Assembly (NCBI GenBank): GCA_016748015.1
Contig: JAAOMT010000086.1
Coordinates: 12,983 to 76,982 of the forward strand
Length of the DNA: 64,000 nucleotides
Origin: Geosiphon pyriformis uo1
Lineage: Eukaryota; Fungi; Glomeromycota
Direction: 5' to 3'
Positions 26,775 to 39,500 of the stretch are shown piece after piece. Made by a program: the position numbers and the translations under genes. The stretch's first letter is position 1; each line of letters opens with the position of its first letter. The notes beneath the pieces are model-generated. The model was given only the letters and a program-made list of their open reading frames with translations. It was not told where the DNA came from and ran no database searches.

Positions 26775-27733
26775 TGTTATCAGTAGAATTTTAGCTATTA
26801 ATTAGCATGAAATTATTCTCATAATTCCTATTATTAATTATTATTTCGATTATCACTTATTATTTAATCAAATTATCAAATATCATTACTCAATCAATAA
26901 TTCGATTTGTACTATAGAAATTAAGATAATCAAATTACACAATACCCAGAACCATTTAACATAGCCAAAATTCGCCGAAATTAATGAAAATTGGCCGAAA
27001 TAATCAATAGTTTAGTGAAATAATTTGTAGTTTGCCAAAATATATCTTTAATTCACCCAAATTGTAGCAAAAAGAAAAGTACAAGTTCAAAGACTAGTAC
27101 TACAACAAGTTGTATAAAAAAAGAGCTTCTCTCTTCAAGAAAATGTATTTTTTCATAGTATTTTATTATAGTATCTTACTTTAAATATCTTAATTACAAC
27201 AAATTATCTTTTACAAATCAAATAAAAATTAAAAGTTCAAAAACCAAATCTTTAAAATTATTACACTTAAAATTCCATCAATACAACTAACATTTTGAAA
27301 TTGATTAACTACCAATTTCAGTAATCTGTTAATGACTTCAGGTCTGGATAGAAAATGTTTTCCTTAATATGATTCTATTTTTTTTACATTTCTTTTATTT
27401 TTCCTTTTTTTTTCTTATTATAATTATTAGGATAGCCTATAGACAAAATTTTTGTAAAAGAGTTGACTTTTACAGCAAAATAACTACACAATTTTAGTGA
27501 GCTTCCAGATGAGCAATTCTTGAAAAAGAGTTGACATTTACTACAATATAACTACATAAAATAACTGGCAAGAAATTGGCTATTGTACTTATAAGTCCAG
27601 CAGTTCAAATTATAGGAGATAATTTGAAGATAAATTCAATTACTGGAGATCTAACTACTTTCTAAGAACATGAATTCACAGCAAATCAACATTAATAACA
27701 TTCAAAAAAAGAGACCAAAAATCTCTGATAATA
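26775..27733 (+). repeat. 3' LTR of element C
   Basis: TGTTATCAG...CTGATAATA, preceded by PPT AAGAAGAAGA. Confidence 0.95.
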
Positions 27734-28430
27734 CTGCTCACTATAAAACTATAGTAAAGAGTTGACTTAGTATTGAACTAATACTTTTCTAAGCTAACAA
27801 AAAAGCTGTATATATAGCTAAATTATATTAGATCTACATACTATATTAAAATTATTTAAATACATTAATTATTTATATATATTATATTAATCAATTTATG
27901 ATAAGTTTACTCAGTCTGTTATTTATCCAAGAGCTAGTAATTTAGATGATTAAATTTTAGATGGCTAGATTTAGAACATTGATTGTAAATTAATGATACC
28001 AATTGTAATTATAATCAGCATAATCAAAAGTAAATCAATTGATTATATTTCTTGATAACTACTTTTAACTATTGATTACAGATCTAAAATATTAAATTAT
28101 TCCAATAAGGGTGTATAAAAATTTTGGAGCATAACAAAGCCTGTTGTTATTAAATTACATGTATCAATCATTTATTTCTATTGGTGTTTCCTAATTTCCC
28201 AAGATTTCTTTGTATCCAACTTAGTTAAACTGTTAAATTGTGCCATATTTTTTTGTTGTAATTGGACTGATTGTTGATTATTTATTTTCAGATTGCCAGC
28301 TGATTTTGTTGATTAAATACAATGATATAGGCTTTTTTCACATGATTTTATTGTTAATTTTTATTGTATGTGTTGTAATTTTTGCATTAAAAAATGTGAA
28401 AATTTTCTAATAACAACGGAATACTAATTT
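27734..28430 (-). mobile_element. Displaced 5' part (gag N-terminal extension) of element B
   Basis: Joined to 17000 with 4 bp removed it reads SILSQLFTIVL**AANTIT*VITETFRIVD in one frame. No 5' LTR recognised. Confidence 0.6.
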
Positions 28431-28449
28431 TGTTGCCTTTGCTTACATT

Positions 28450-28795
28450 TTATTTCTTTAATTTTTTTTTATATTTTATTGCTTGTTGTTGACAAATTGA
28501 TTAAAAATTAAGTGCTAAGTTATTAAAATCAAAGATTGCCTAGTAAAAGACTCCTACAAGAGAGTAAATACTTGAATTGAAAAATTACTTATCAAAAGAT
28601 TACTGGCCACCACACTAAAAAAAAATTCAATGAAATTGTGATTCCAAGAGACTACTGATAAAACAACTATTGAATTTCTGTCTATTATATAAAGAACTTA
28701 ACCAAAATTTTTAGATATTTAACAACATTAAGTGAATTAGCACCAAGTTACAGGTTTGTTATTTGATTTAAGACCCCAAATAATCACCTGTAACA
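28450..28795 (+). repeat. 3' half of an LTR of the solo-LTR/F family
   Basis: Matches 18590-18951 and ends CACCTGTAACA; no PBS follows. Confidence 0.88.
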
Positions 28796-29300
28796 CCAAA
28801 CTATACAACTATATTTGCTTTTGATAATAGTTTTAATTATGTAGCATTTAGTAAAAATGCTTTAATTATAAGCAGAATAAATTTAAGTTCAGGTGGAAAA
28901 CAATTATTGATACAAAATACTTCTTTTAGATTAGATAATCAATTATAATCAATAATTTTCTTGGAAACATATTCAGATGAAAAATTTTGAGAATTGCTTA
29001 AAGAAATTAAACAAGTATTAATAGAATGAAAAAAATGGCTATTAAAAAAATTAGTATTAGAATGCCAAAAATGCAAAGAAAAAATCAAAAATTCTTTAAG
29101 AGTTTCTTGTTGTGCATGTAATAAATGCGATTATTTATGGAAAAAATTACAAAAAACAGTGTCTGAAAGTCTTAAATCAGTATTTTTAATAACTATTAAA
29201 CAATTTTCAAGAAAATGTTGGTGTTTTATGAATTTTTATAAAAAAGTCTTAGTAAAAAATTAGTATAAAAAAGTATAAATTTCATAGAAAAATTTCAGAT
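28796..29300 (+). mobile_element. Decayed, internally deleted Tc1/IS630-like DNA transposase fragment
   Basis: IFAFDNSFNY, INLSSGGKQ, KEIKQVLIE, CCAC, CDYLWKKLQKTV, TIKQFSRKCWCFM resemble a common fungal FDNSSNH/PGGKQP transposase family. Confidence 0.72.
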
Positions 29301-32300
29301 AATATTCTTGAAGAATTAGACAAATTAAATAATATTCAAACTTTATAATACTGTATTTAGTTTTATATTATATAAAATTTAATAAAATTTTATTTTTTAT
29401 TATAAATAATATATTAAAAACACATATATATTAACCAATAAAATTTAATTATATAAATAAAAACATGTAAAGATTATTATTTAAAATTTCGAACTAATCT
29501 ATATTTTTGATGATTATAAATAGTTTGCACCATATAATCTTGTTTTCCCTTGCTATCCATTAGCTTGTTACTTTAACCCATAACATAAAAGTGGTGCTTC
29601 CTATAAGATTGTCAAAATCCACTTGTTTTTTATTGTATAAACAATTATTCATACCTGCCACAACAATCAGAAAAACACTTTGAAGCACACAACAAAAATA
29701 ATCTAGACTTTATTGAACTCAATCTTTTGCTCTTCTGCTTAATTTGCTTTCTTATTAAAGAACAATCTAGTAAACAATTCCAAACCTTTTAGAACTGGTT
29801 TCTGAACAAGCATTCAGCTGAAACCTACACAGTCTATACAACTTATTATTTTTATCAAGCTTATTTTGAAAACAACTTTAAAGAAAAAAATAACAACATC
29901 AATTAGCTTTTATACTCCACAACTTTTAAACAACAGCCCCCTAATTCTGAATATCTGAATTATTAAATTCACATTTGGATTGCTGTCTATTAACTAGCTA
30001 AAACACTCTTTAAAACAAAAAAAGAAAGCTATCAAACTGCTCCTGTTTTTGACCTCTTCTTAAGTAAATTAGAACATTCTACACAAACAGATATTCTTGA
30101 ATCAATGGCTTAAGATTCTATACAACAAAACATTCTGGTCATTCTCCAAAGTATACAAACTGCTTTAAGATGAAAAAACAATATTTTATTACCATTATTC
30201 AGAGGTGATGTCCAAGATTCAATTGAATAGTTAAAAGAGTTACCACAGCCAACCAATATTATAATGAATACAAATTCCAAATTGTTGGTGGCTACCTTCA
30301 AAACTTTTTTGCTACTTGGTTTTCACAAGAAACCAATGTCAATACTTAGCAAAAAATTATTAGATGAATATCAGCAAATGTTGAAGAAAACAACACATCT
30401 TTTATTACCCAATTTAAAATAAAATTTAGAACTTCTATCTTGATATCCAAATGGCACATGAAATTAGAAAAAAAAACCCAAGATCTTAATAAAGCTGTAA
30501 CTGAATATGTCAAAGCAATCAGAAAGTTAATCAAGTAGGTAGACTCTAAAAAAACTAAACAGAAGAGCAGAAAACTCATTTCTTTACAAAAAAATTGAAA
30601 ACTGATCTCTCATATGTTTTTTGGCTTTTTTTGGCCCTAAAAAACAATCCCACAATATATATGGCTGTTAAACTAGCCCAATGAATTAAAAACAATTAAA
30701 AAATGTACTTGGGATCTACACTTTCAGTTTTTGCTTCTGCTTCTGCTATGGCCCCTGCTTTTTCAATAACTACCACTTCTTTTGTTGCTTAAACTCCAGA
30801 TTCCAATGAACAATTGATAAATAGATTCACAACCAATCTTGTATGGTTATTAGAACTCTTAGCTTAGCAATCAAAGAAAATCAACAAACTCAAAGATCCA
30901 AATTTGAACTCTGTTTTAATTATCCCTAGCAACTCTCTTATTAAAGACAGCAAAATCATGGCCCACCTGTGTGTTATTGCTGTAAATTAATTAGACATTT
31001 CTTCAGATATTGCAACAATTTTCTTTTGCTTACCTCAGCTCTCAAAAACAATGACAATCAAAATAACAGAACTATTAACAATAATGTTTTTAATTAAAGA
31101 TCTAATTATGTCAACATCAATTTCTTTGAAAAGAATTCCTTAGTTGAAGCCACTGTTTATTGGCTTTTAAACTGGTAGGCACACCTCCAAAAAGTGAAAA
31201 TGCAAAACAACCAAAAAAAAACCCTTTTTATGCTTTTAACCTAACTGATAATAATCATAATATGGATGAACTAGCAATAAATGCTTTTGAATTAACAAAA
31301 AAAAAGAAAAAAGTCAAGGTTAATTTCGTTCTAAATCCAAACAAAGCATCTAAATCAACTGCTAATAACAATGAACTACTAAAAATTAAAGTTTTTAAAA
31401 ATTCTCCAAAGTTGAAATCCCCAGAAATTGTACAAAAATTTGGTTCTTATTTTGTTGTTAAAAATCTCATAGAAATTTTAGTTTACATTACCTTTGGCCA
31501 GTTAATAACTCATCCACAATTTAGAAAAAACTTTTGCAAATCTTTGATCCCAAAAAAAAAAACACCAAAAACTAACAAATGCTTTCACCAAGCTAAATTC
31601 ACTAACAACAGCAATGTTATTTCTCTAATTTGCAAAGCCCAAGTGGCTGGCTACTTTATTGATCTGATCTTAAACAGTAGATCATTTGTTAATGTTATTG
31701 CCAAACATTTTTCTAAAGCAATTGGCAGAAAGATTAATGAACTCTCAACTAAACCTATGACCAATATATATGATAACAAAAAAAAGACCTGGGTATAGCT
31801 AAAGCTGTTTCTATTTACATCAATAGCATTAGCATGAAATTAACATAGAAGTATTTAAAACAAAAGAGTATATTATCATTGTTGGTAATGAGTGGCTCAA
31901 GAAAGCCAAAACACTACTTAACTATGAATTTTGTAAACTAACCATTAGATGTAATAAGAAACCCATTGTGGTTAAGTGCTGTTATTAGACAACTCTTTCA
32001 GTAACCAAACAGAACCAAGAAAAAAAACAATCAAATAAATCAGATAATGATGAAAATAATAATAAAGAAGATCAAAAAAAACAAAAAAAAACTGCTGAAC
32101 TTACCTATACCATCTTTACCAGTAATGGCAAGCCACTGGGCAATATTAAAGCTAACAAAAAAGAAATTATAGTAAATGGCAAGCTAATCTGCTGGTTTTA
32201 TTATAATATTTTCAGAAGAATTTTTAATAAAAAGCCTGGCAAGAAAGCCAAATACAGCTATTGGTGGCATGGTTCTTGTGTCAAATGCTAGTGCAATAAA

Positions 32301-35219
32301 ATTTTGTATTCTTTTAGTAATGAATACAAGTTTTGTCTGATCTATTACAAAGATTGGGAGCCAATTAATTTAATACCCAAAAAACAACTAAAAGAAATAC
32401 AAAAATTCTTTGAAAATAAACCATCTGAAATCCAATTACTAGTTATAGAACAAAGCAAATCTTCCTTTAAAGAAAAAAAAATAGACATTGAAAATCTGTT
32501 GGCTAGAAATAGCCCAATTATTTCAAAAAAAGATAACACCTCTGGACAAACTCATGTAATACAACATACTATTACCACCAAAGAAACTTGTTCCATCCAT
32601 TTAAAGCCTTATCAATCCAATCAACAAAATAATAAATTCATCAAAAAAAAAATAAACCAGATGAAAAATTTTGGATTTATACAAAAAACCAAAAGTAAAT
32701 AGACTTTCTCAGTTGTAGTGGTATCCAAGAAAGGTGGAACTCTATGTTTCTGTGTCGACTACTACTAATTAAATGCCATCACTATAAGAGACATGTATCC
32801 ACTCCCTAAAATTAATGCAATGCTAGATAAATTCAATAGTGCTGTTTTCTTTTCAATTATTGACTTAACTGCTGGATTTTGACAAGTAGAAATAGATCCA
32901 AAAAGCAGAAAAAAAACTGCTTTCATTACCAAGTATGGCACCTATAAATTCACAGTCATGCCTTTTGGTCTCACCAATATTTCTCCTATCTTTCAATGTC
33001 TAATAGACAAAGTATTTGAATTAGTAAAAGAAAACTTTGTTCTGGTCTACTTAGATAACATAATAGTATACTCAAAAATCTATGATAAACATCTTGAACA
33101 TTTGCAAAAAGTTTTTGACCTGCTCAGAAATGCTGGTCTTAAGATTAATCCAATCAAATTTTTCTTTGGACATCAATTCACCCAGTTTCTTGGTTATCTT
33201 ATTACAAAAAACGGAATCTTTCCTAACCCAGCTAAAATTAAAAAAGTTCAAAACATTAAACAACCAATAAACGTTTTTGAACTATGCTTTTTCCTTAGTT
33301 TGGCTTTCTACTATTGCAAATTTATCAAAAATCTTTCTAAAATCGCCTTTTCTCTCAATCAGCTACTCAGAAAAAATGTCAATTATTACTGGAACACTTA
33401 TTAACAAAAAGCTTTTGAAATTTTGAAAAAAAAAGTTGTTACTGAACCAATTCTTAAACAATCTAATCTGAACCAATTTTTTATTCTCTATACTGATACA
33501 TCTGGCTATAAACTTGGTGCTGTTCTCTTACAAAAAAATAAAAACAGCAGAGAAAATGCTATAGCATATGCCAATAGATCCCTCATACCAACAAAAAAGA
33601 ACTATTCAATAACTAAACAAGAATACTTAGCAGTAGTTTGGGCTACTAGTTACTGAGATCAATATTTTCTTAATGTAAAATTTTTAATGGTAACAGATTA
33701 TCAAGCCTTGGTTTGGCTGCACAATAAAAAGAAGCTGAAACACAAATAAATAACTCACTAAATACTTCACTTGAATGAATTCAACTATGATATTCAATAC
33801 CACAAAAAAACAAATCATCAAAATGCCAATGTTTTTTCTAGACTTATCATCCAATAATAGTACAAGCTTCTCAAACCAAACCAACTTAATTATTAATAAC
33901 TCTCCTTTTAACAAACACAATAATAAACTTAGACAACTACTCTGCTTTAATAGAATTTTTAGGTAAAAGACAATACCTATCAGAATACACTAAACAACAA
34001 AGAGAACATTTGTGCAAACAATCAAATTTTTATTTGATCTGCTAGAACCAAATATATAAAAAAACAGAAAAAATCCTGACTGTCCTTAAAGAGTCATCAG
34101 GTTTAAAAAAAAAGAAATTGTGATCTACAACATGTACACTAATTTATTAGCTGGACATTTTAGAAAACAAAAACAATTCAAAAAACTTTAATTCACTATT
34201 ATTGGCCTACCTTAGGAAAAAACATTGTTGAATACATTAAAATATGTAACATTTGCTAAAAAAAAAACAAATCCAATTACAAAAAAGATATCCATCCAAT
34301 CTCTGTTGGTCAACCATTTAACAGAATTGGTATAGATGTTGTTGGATCTTTAACAATAACTCCTAATGGCAACAGATATGTTATCACAGCTACTGATTAT
34401 CTTATAAAATAAATAGAAACAAGAGCTACTCCAAACCAAACAGCAGTTTTAATAGCCAATTTTATTTATGAAAATATTATCTACTATTATGGCTGCCTTA
34501 AAAAACTTTTATCTGATAAAAGAAGAGCTTTTCTTAGTACACTAGTTCAAAAACTTTGTAGAAAAATGGGAATATGTCATAAATTTTTTTTTTTTACCAC
34601 TCCTAAACAAATGATCTAATAGAATGTTTCAATAGAACACTATGTAAAACTCTAGCCAAAACCAGTAAAAAAACAAACTTATAGGACAAAGTACTGCCTT
34701 CAGCTTTGTTTGCTTATAGAACTATAAATCATAACATTACAAGTTATGAACCTTTTTATTTGCTCTATGGATACATGACAACAGTACCAATAGAAACTGA
34801 CATTGAAACAATACTCTTTGAAAAAATTACAATAAAAAATTATAAAAACATTTTGTAAATAAAACTTAGTACTAGTCGTGACTTCTTAATAAAAGCACAA
34901 ATAGTTGCTTTTGAAAAGATAAAACAGTTTCAAGAAAAGCTTAAAAAGAAAAAAATCTATAAAACACTTTTTTTAAATATTGGAGACTTGATATTAGAAT
35001 ATTGTTTAGACAAAAACAATGTCTATAGTAATAAATTTTCTAACCAGTAAAATAAACTCTTTTTAGTCAATAAAGTTTTAAACAATGGTTTTTATATTCT
35101 TCAAGATCAATTCAAAACAATCTTTAATAATTATTTTGTTTATGGTACATGATTTAAGAAATATTATAAACAACTTGATTGATTGTCTGTTGTGATAATA
35201 CCAACCCAAATGATCAGTT

Positions 35220-35900
35220 AAAATCAAGTATAAATAAATGCATCATTCTCAAAACAGAGGTATTTTCAATTAATATAAACAATTATTTTCTAGATTAAAA
35301 CATTCAAAACACCTTCTATACTTTCTATGAGTATTGAATTAAAAACTATCCAAATGCTATTCTGACTATTGGAAAACAAATCACTATAACTAATAACAGT
35401 AAAACACATACTGTTATTAGACCAAAGAAAACTACTATCAGAAAAGAAAAAATTGGTAGCAAAATAGATAAATATCTATTAGAAAGTATAACAGCAGCTA
35501 TATTCTCACTTTCTAGCACAATTGAAAAAACAATCCAAAAAATCTTGTTCATAGACAAAAATTTGTCATATGGAAGACAATTAGAACTCTATGATCACAT
35601 TAGAAAAATTATAAAAGATATGAAACTCATGAAGAAAACAACTTCAGAAATACAAACAGAAATTTTGGGCATTATATAATTAGATGTCTTAAGAGTTTTA
35701 ACTATTGCTAAAAGAACCAAAACTCTAATACAAAGATTTGATTTTTTAGATACAAAACTTATTTTGTCTCAAGTATTATATATTCTATTCACAAAAGATT
35801 TCAACAAACTAGTTAGCTTTGAGTTAGATAAAACTCTTCAAATAGATTATATCATGAATAGCTTAATTTTGCCAGAGCTCAATTTCTTTGGAAAAAATGA
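35220..35900 (+). pseudogene. ORF3 (unknown) of element D
   Basis: Long frame with few stops: ...QLELYDHIRKII...LTIAKRTKTLIQRF...FTKDFNKLV...PELNF. Same position as ORF3 in B and C, with weak motif similarity. Confidence 0.6.
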
Positions 35901-36567
35901 TATTATTGTTGAAATCTATACTTTTTATTAATTATTATATGTATTAGCCACTGATGTCATATAATTAACCACTCTATTTTTAAATAGTGATCATTAAACT
36001 AATTATTGACCTAGTTGTTGACTTGATTATTGACCACTTTTAATAGCTATATAAGTGATAAATCTTTTAGCTATAGAAAAACATGTAAGAATCAAAGAAA
36101 GAAAAAAAATAAAATAACAACTTCATTTTAATTCTGTTTTTATTACTAAATTTTTTTTCCTTACTTTCAAGTATCTGAACATTTTAGAATAAAAAATTAC
36201 TTGTTGGCATTTATTTACTCTTTTATTAACTTGTATAATTGTAGTATTTGAAGATTATTAAATAAAATGTGACTAAAAAATACATTTAATATCTAATATT
36301 GAATTCTAAGAATGCTGACATGAGACATAGAATTATACCAGTGTGTGATCATTTGTTGACAGTATAAACTATTCTTTTATCTTTAGATTCTTTGGTTATC
36401 TATTAAAAAAATATAACAACTGAGATATTTTATGAAACTAATCTCATATATTGAATTTAAACTCATTTAATTTGCTCTTTGATATTGAATTTCCTTCGAT
36501 TTTTTTTATCACCCTACAATTCTATTCTCTCTTGCTATTTATTAGCTTGTTATTCCAACCCATAACA
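35901..36567 (+). repeat. 3' LTR of element D
   Basis: Starts TATTATTG after GGAAAAAATGA; last ~45 bp match 29541-29585. Confidence 0.8.
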
Positions 36568-39500
36568 GTATTAAACTCTCATACCAATAATTTATTAACC
36601 ACTACAGCCACAAATAATCTATCAAATCTCATAAATTCAAACACTACTTTAAACTACTATATCAATTGAAAACCAAAAACTAAAGATTATGTACACTCAA
36701 CAAAACTAAAGATTAGTAATAGTAATATACCAACCAATTTCCAGTTTATTAAGCCAGCCATCAAGATTATGTTTCAGAAATTTGGAAAATAAGTACATTT
36801 AAAACCCAAATTCCCAGAATTATTTAAGTTTTTTGGTTACTCCAGAAAATATCCAATTTAACAACCTAGAAACTAGCAAACCACTTATCAATAACATTTT
36901 ACTAGCAATTATTATTAAAGATAAATTACTTGTTACCATATTTTTATTTGAATTAGAAGAGTTATTAATCACACCTCTATTCAGTAAAGTTACTTTCAAT
37001 ACTAAACCAATTATTATCATGTATATTGACACTAAAGTTAATAACTACTTTATTAAGCTAATTTTAGATAGTGGCTTAGCAGGCAGTATAATCACAAGAC
37101 AATTCATGGACTAATTAGATTGTTAAATTAATCAAGTGGCTAGCACTAAAATTATTATTGCTAATGAAATAACAAAAACTTCAATTAGCAAAATTGATGA
37201 TTTTCTGTTTGAAGTCAATAGTATTATTGCACCAATTAAGATTTTTATCATAGAAGCCACCCAATACCAAGCTCTTATTAGTAATAACTGGCTGTCCAAG
37301 ACTAATATTGTTTTTGACTGGACCATTCAAAAGCTACAGTTTAGTCAAAATAGTTAACAAACTTAGATATCAGTTACTTGTGGCCACTTTAAAACAACTA
37401 CTACTACCCAATTATAGCTATTGATAAAATTTAAAGAAAAAAAAAAACCTATTTGAAAAGTCTACCAAGTTTTATGGATTAACAATAACCACAACAAATT
37501 ACTACCAATTTTTTCTTGGGATAACAAAAGAAAGAAAAAAGAAGAAAACAAACCACCAGCCACCACCAACACAAACAAAACAGTAAACAATTGACATATA
37601 CTGTACTCTATAGACACCAAGAAAGAACTGCCATATATTTTACTTAGGTGTATTAATTGCAAAAAAAAGTTTTTATCTATAGAAGCTTGGATATTCCCAA
37701 ACAAAAATTACTGGATGCATATTTATTACTATTGTAAATCATGCCACAGAAAACACTATGACTACTTAAAAAGACAAAAAAAATAAGACAATAAACTATG
37801 TTTTATTTACAAAAAAACATTGTTCAATAAAGAAATATAGAATAATATTCTTGAACAAAAAAAACATGTAATATATCATATTAATACATAATTCTTATTA
37901 GTAACTGGATGAACTAAGAAACACTTTTTAATGCTATATAAAACTAAGCACACACATGCTTAAAAAGCTATTTACATAATAAAAACAAGATCTGAAAAAT
38001 GGCAAGTGCCAAAGTTGAAGCTATTTTACCCAGTAAGATATTCACAATCAAAAACAACCCACTTAAATCTGTTAAAACCATTTTCATTTCCAATCTAGAT
38101 ATATTTCTTAACATCCTGAATAATCCAGAGCAATTTCACAAACACTACCAAGATTTAGCACTTACTAAAAAAAAACAAAAGCAGCATTTAAAACAATTAA
38201 ACACTAGATTTTATAGGCATTGTCTAATTCTAAGTAACTTTGAATATTATAATAATTATAATATTGTTTACAATTTACTATCATATATAATTTATTCAAT
38301 TTCTGAAGAAAAACTAATTAGCAGCTATACAGCAAAATTGAAATCAAATTTTAATTGTCATTTAAACTTTAATAATAATAACAACAACAATTTTAATTCT
38401 ATTTAAAATAGCAACAGTAATAATAATAATTCAAATTCTAAACAATATATTATACTTTCAGATCTTTCAAAAGAACAGAAACTAAAATAGTTTAGCAATA
38501 ATGATAAAAATATTATGTTAAAACATGTGTATGATACTGATATAGAATTTGATTTCAAGTACCCAAAAAAAACTGCTATTAGATTAGAACCATATTTGCA
38601 CACCAATATTAATTTAAAAATAACACTGAAAATTTCAGCAATTATAATAATACAATTAGTGTCTAGATTTAGTTTAGCAAAAAGAGGAATCAATATTAAA
38701 GAAGAAATAATTAATGCAGAATATATAAAATATATTATTGCAATACTACAAAATAAATCAAAAAAAGCATATATTATTAAGCCAAATAAAAAAATAACAT
38801 AGTCAATATTTCTATTTTTAATAAAAATAGCTTAGTTAATGCCAATAGAAACAAAAAAAAAGTTAAAAATTACTGCTAAAAGAATAAATAAATTTGAATC
38901 TACAGATAGAATAGAGATACTAGTTAATATAATAGAAAAAAAAACTATTAATTAAGAAGAAATTATTTTTACTAATCAAATAATTTTTATTCTACTATAT
39001 GACCAATATTTAGTAGTTATAGAAAGTAAAGTGAAGGGTCAGTTCCAAATTTTTGAAGCAAAACATCCTATTTGTAAATCAGAAAAGATTGTCATCACTA
39101 ATTTTTATATACTAACCAAAAATTATAAACACATCAAAATTTCCATATACAATACAACTGAAGTCCCAATCAAAGTACTAAGTAGAACTATTATTAGATA
39201 TTTAAGCACTAAAGTTAAGAACCAATTACCAATTACTATTCCAGATTTTTCACAATTTTATGGATATATAGATATTATTTCACAAATAATATACAAATGA
39301 AAAGAATGTTATTTGTTACAACTAGAACAATTGGAGCAAATAAACTTAAAAAACTTAAATTCACTTTAAAGTATATAACTTAAGCTATTATTTAACAATT
39401 TCACTAACATTTTTGCCAGTAAAAACAAATTTAGCAGAACTAACATTATCTAATACCAAATTAAAGTTAGAGATACTATGCCAATAAAACAAAAAACATA

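Larger units (their letters stand above)
17001..27733 (+). mobile_element. Full-length decayed Ty3/Gypsy element C with both LTRs
   Basis: LTR pair, PBS TTTGGTGCTCTC at 17990, gag (CHYCGILGH*KRNC ~20318), PR ~20940-21260, Cys-rich ~21510-22115, dUTPase, RT ~23150-24000 (YFDD), RH ~24080-24480, IN ~24750-25810, ORF3, PPT. Confidence 0.96.
29480..36567 (+). mobile_element. Ty3/Gypsy element D (no dUTPase; truncated 5' LTR)
   Basis: LTR end AACCCATAACA at 29585 and 36567, PBS TGGTGCTTCC at 29592, gag ~30100-31010 (CYCCKLIRHFFRYC), PR ~31630-31950, RT ~32500-33400 (YLDN), RH 33423-33850, IN ~34100-35170, ORF3. Confidence 0.92.
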
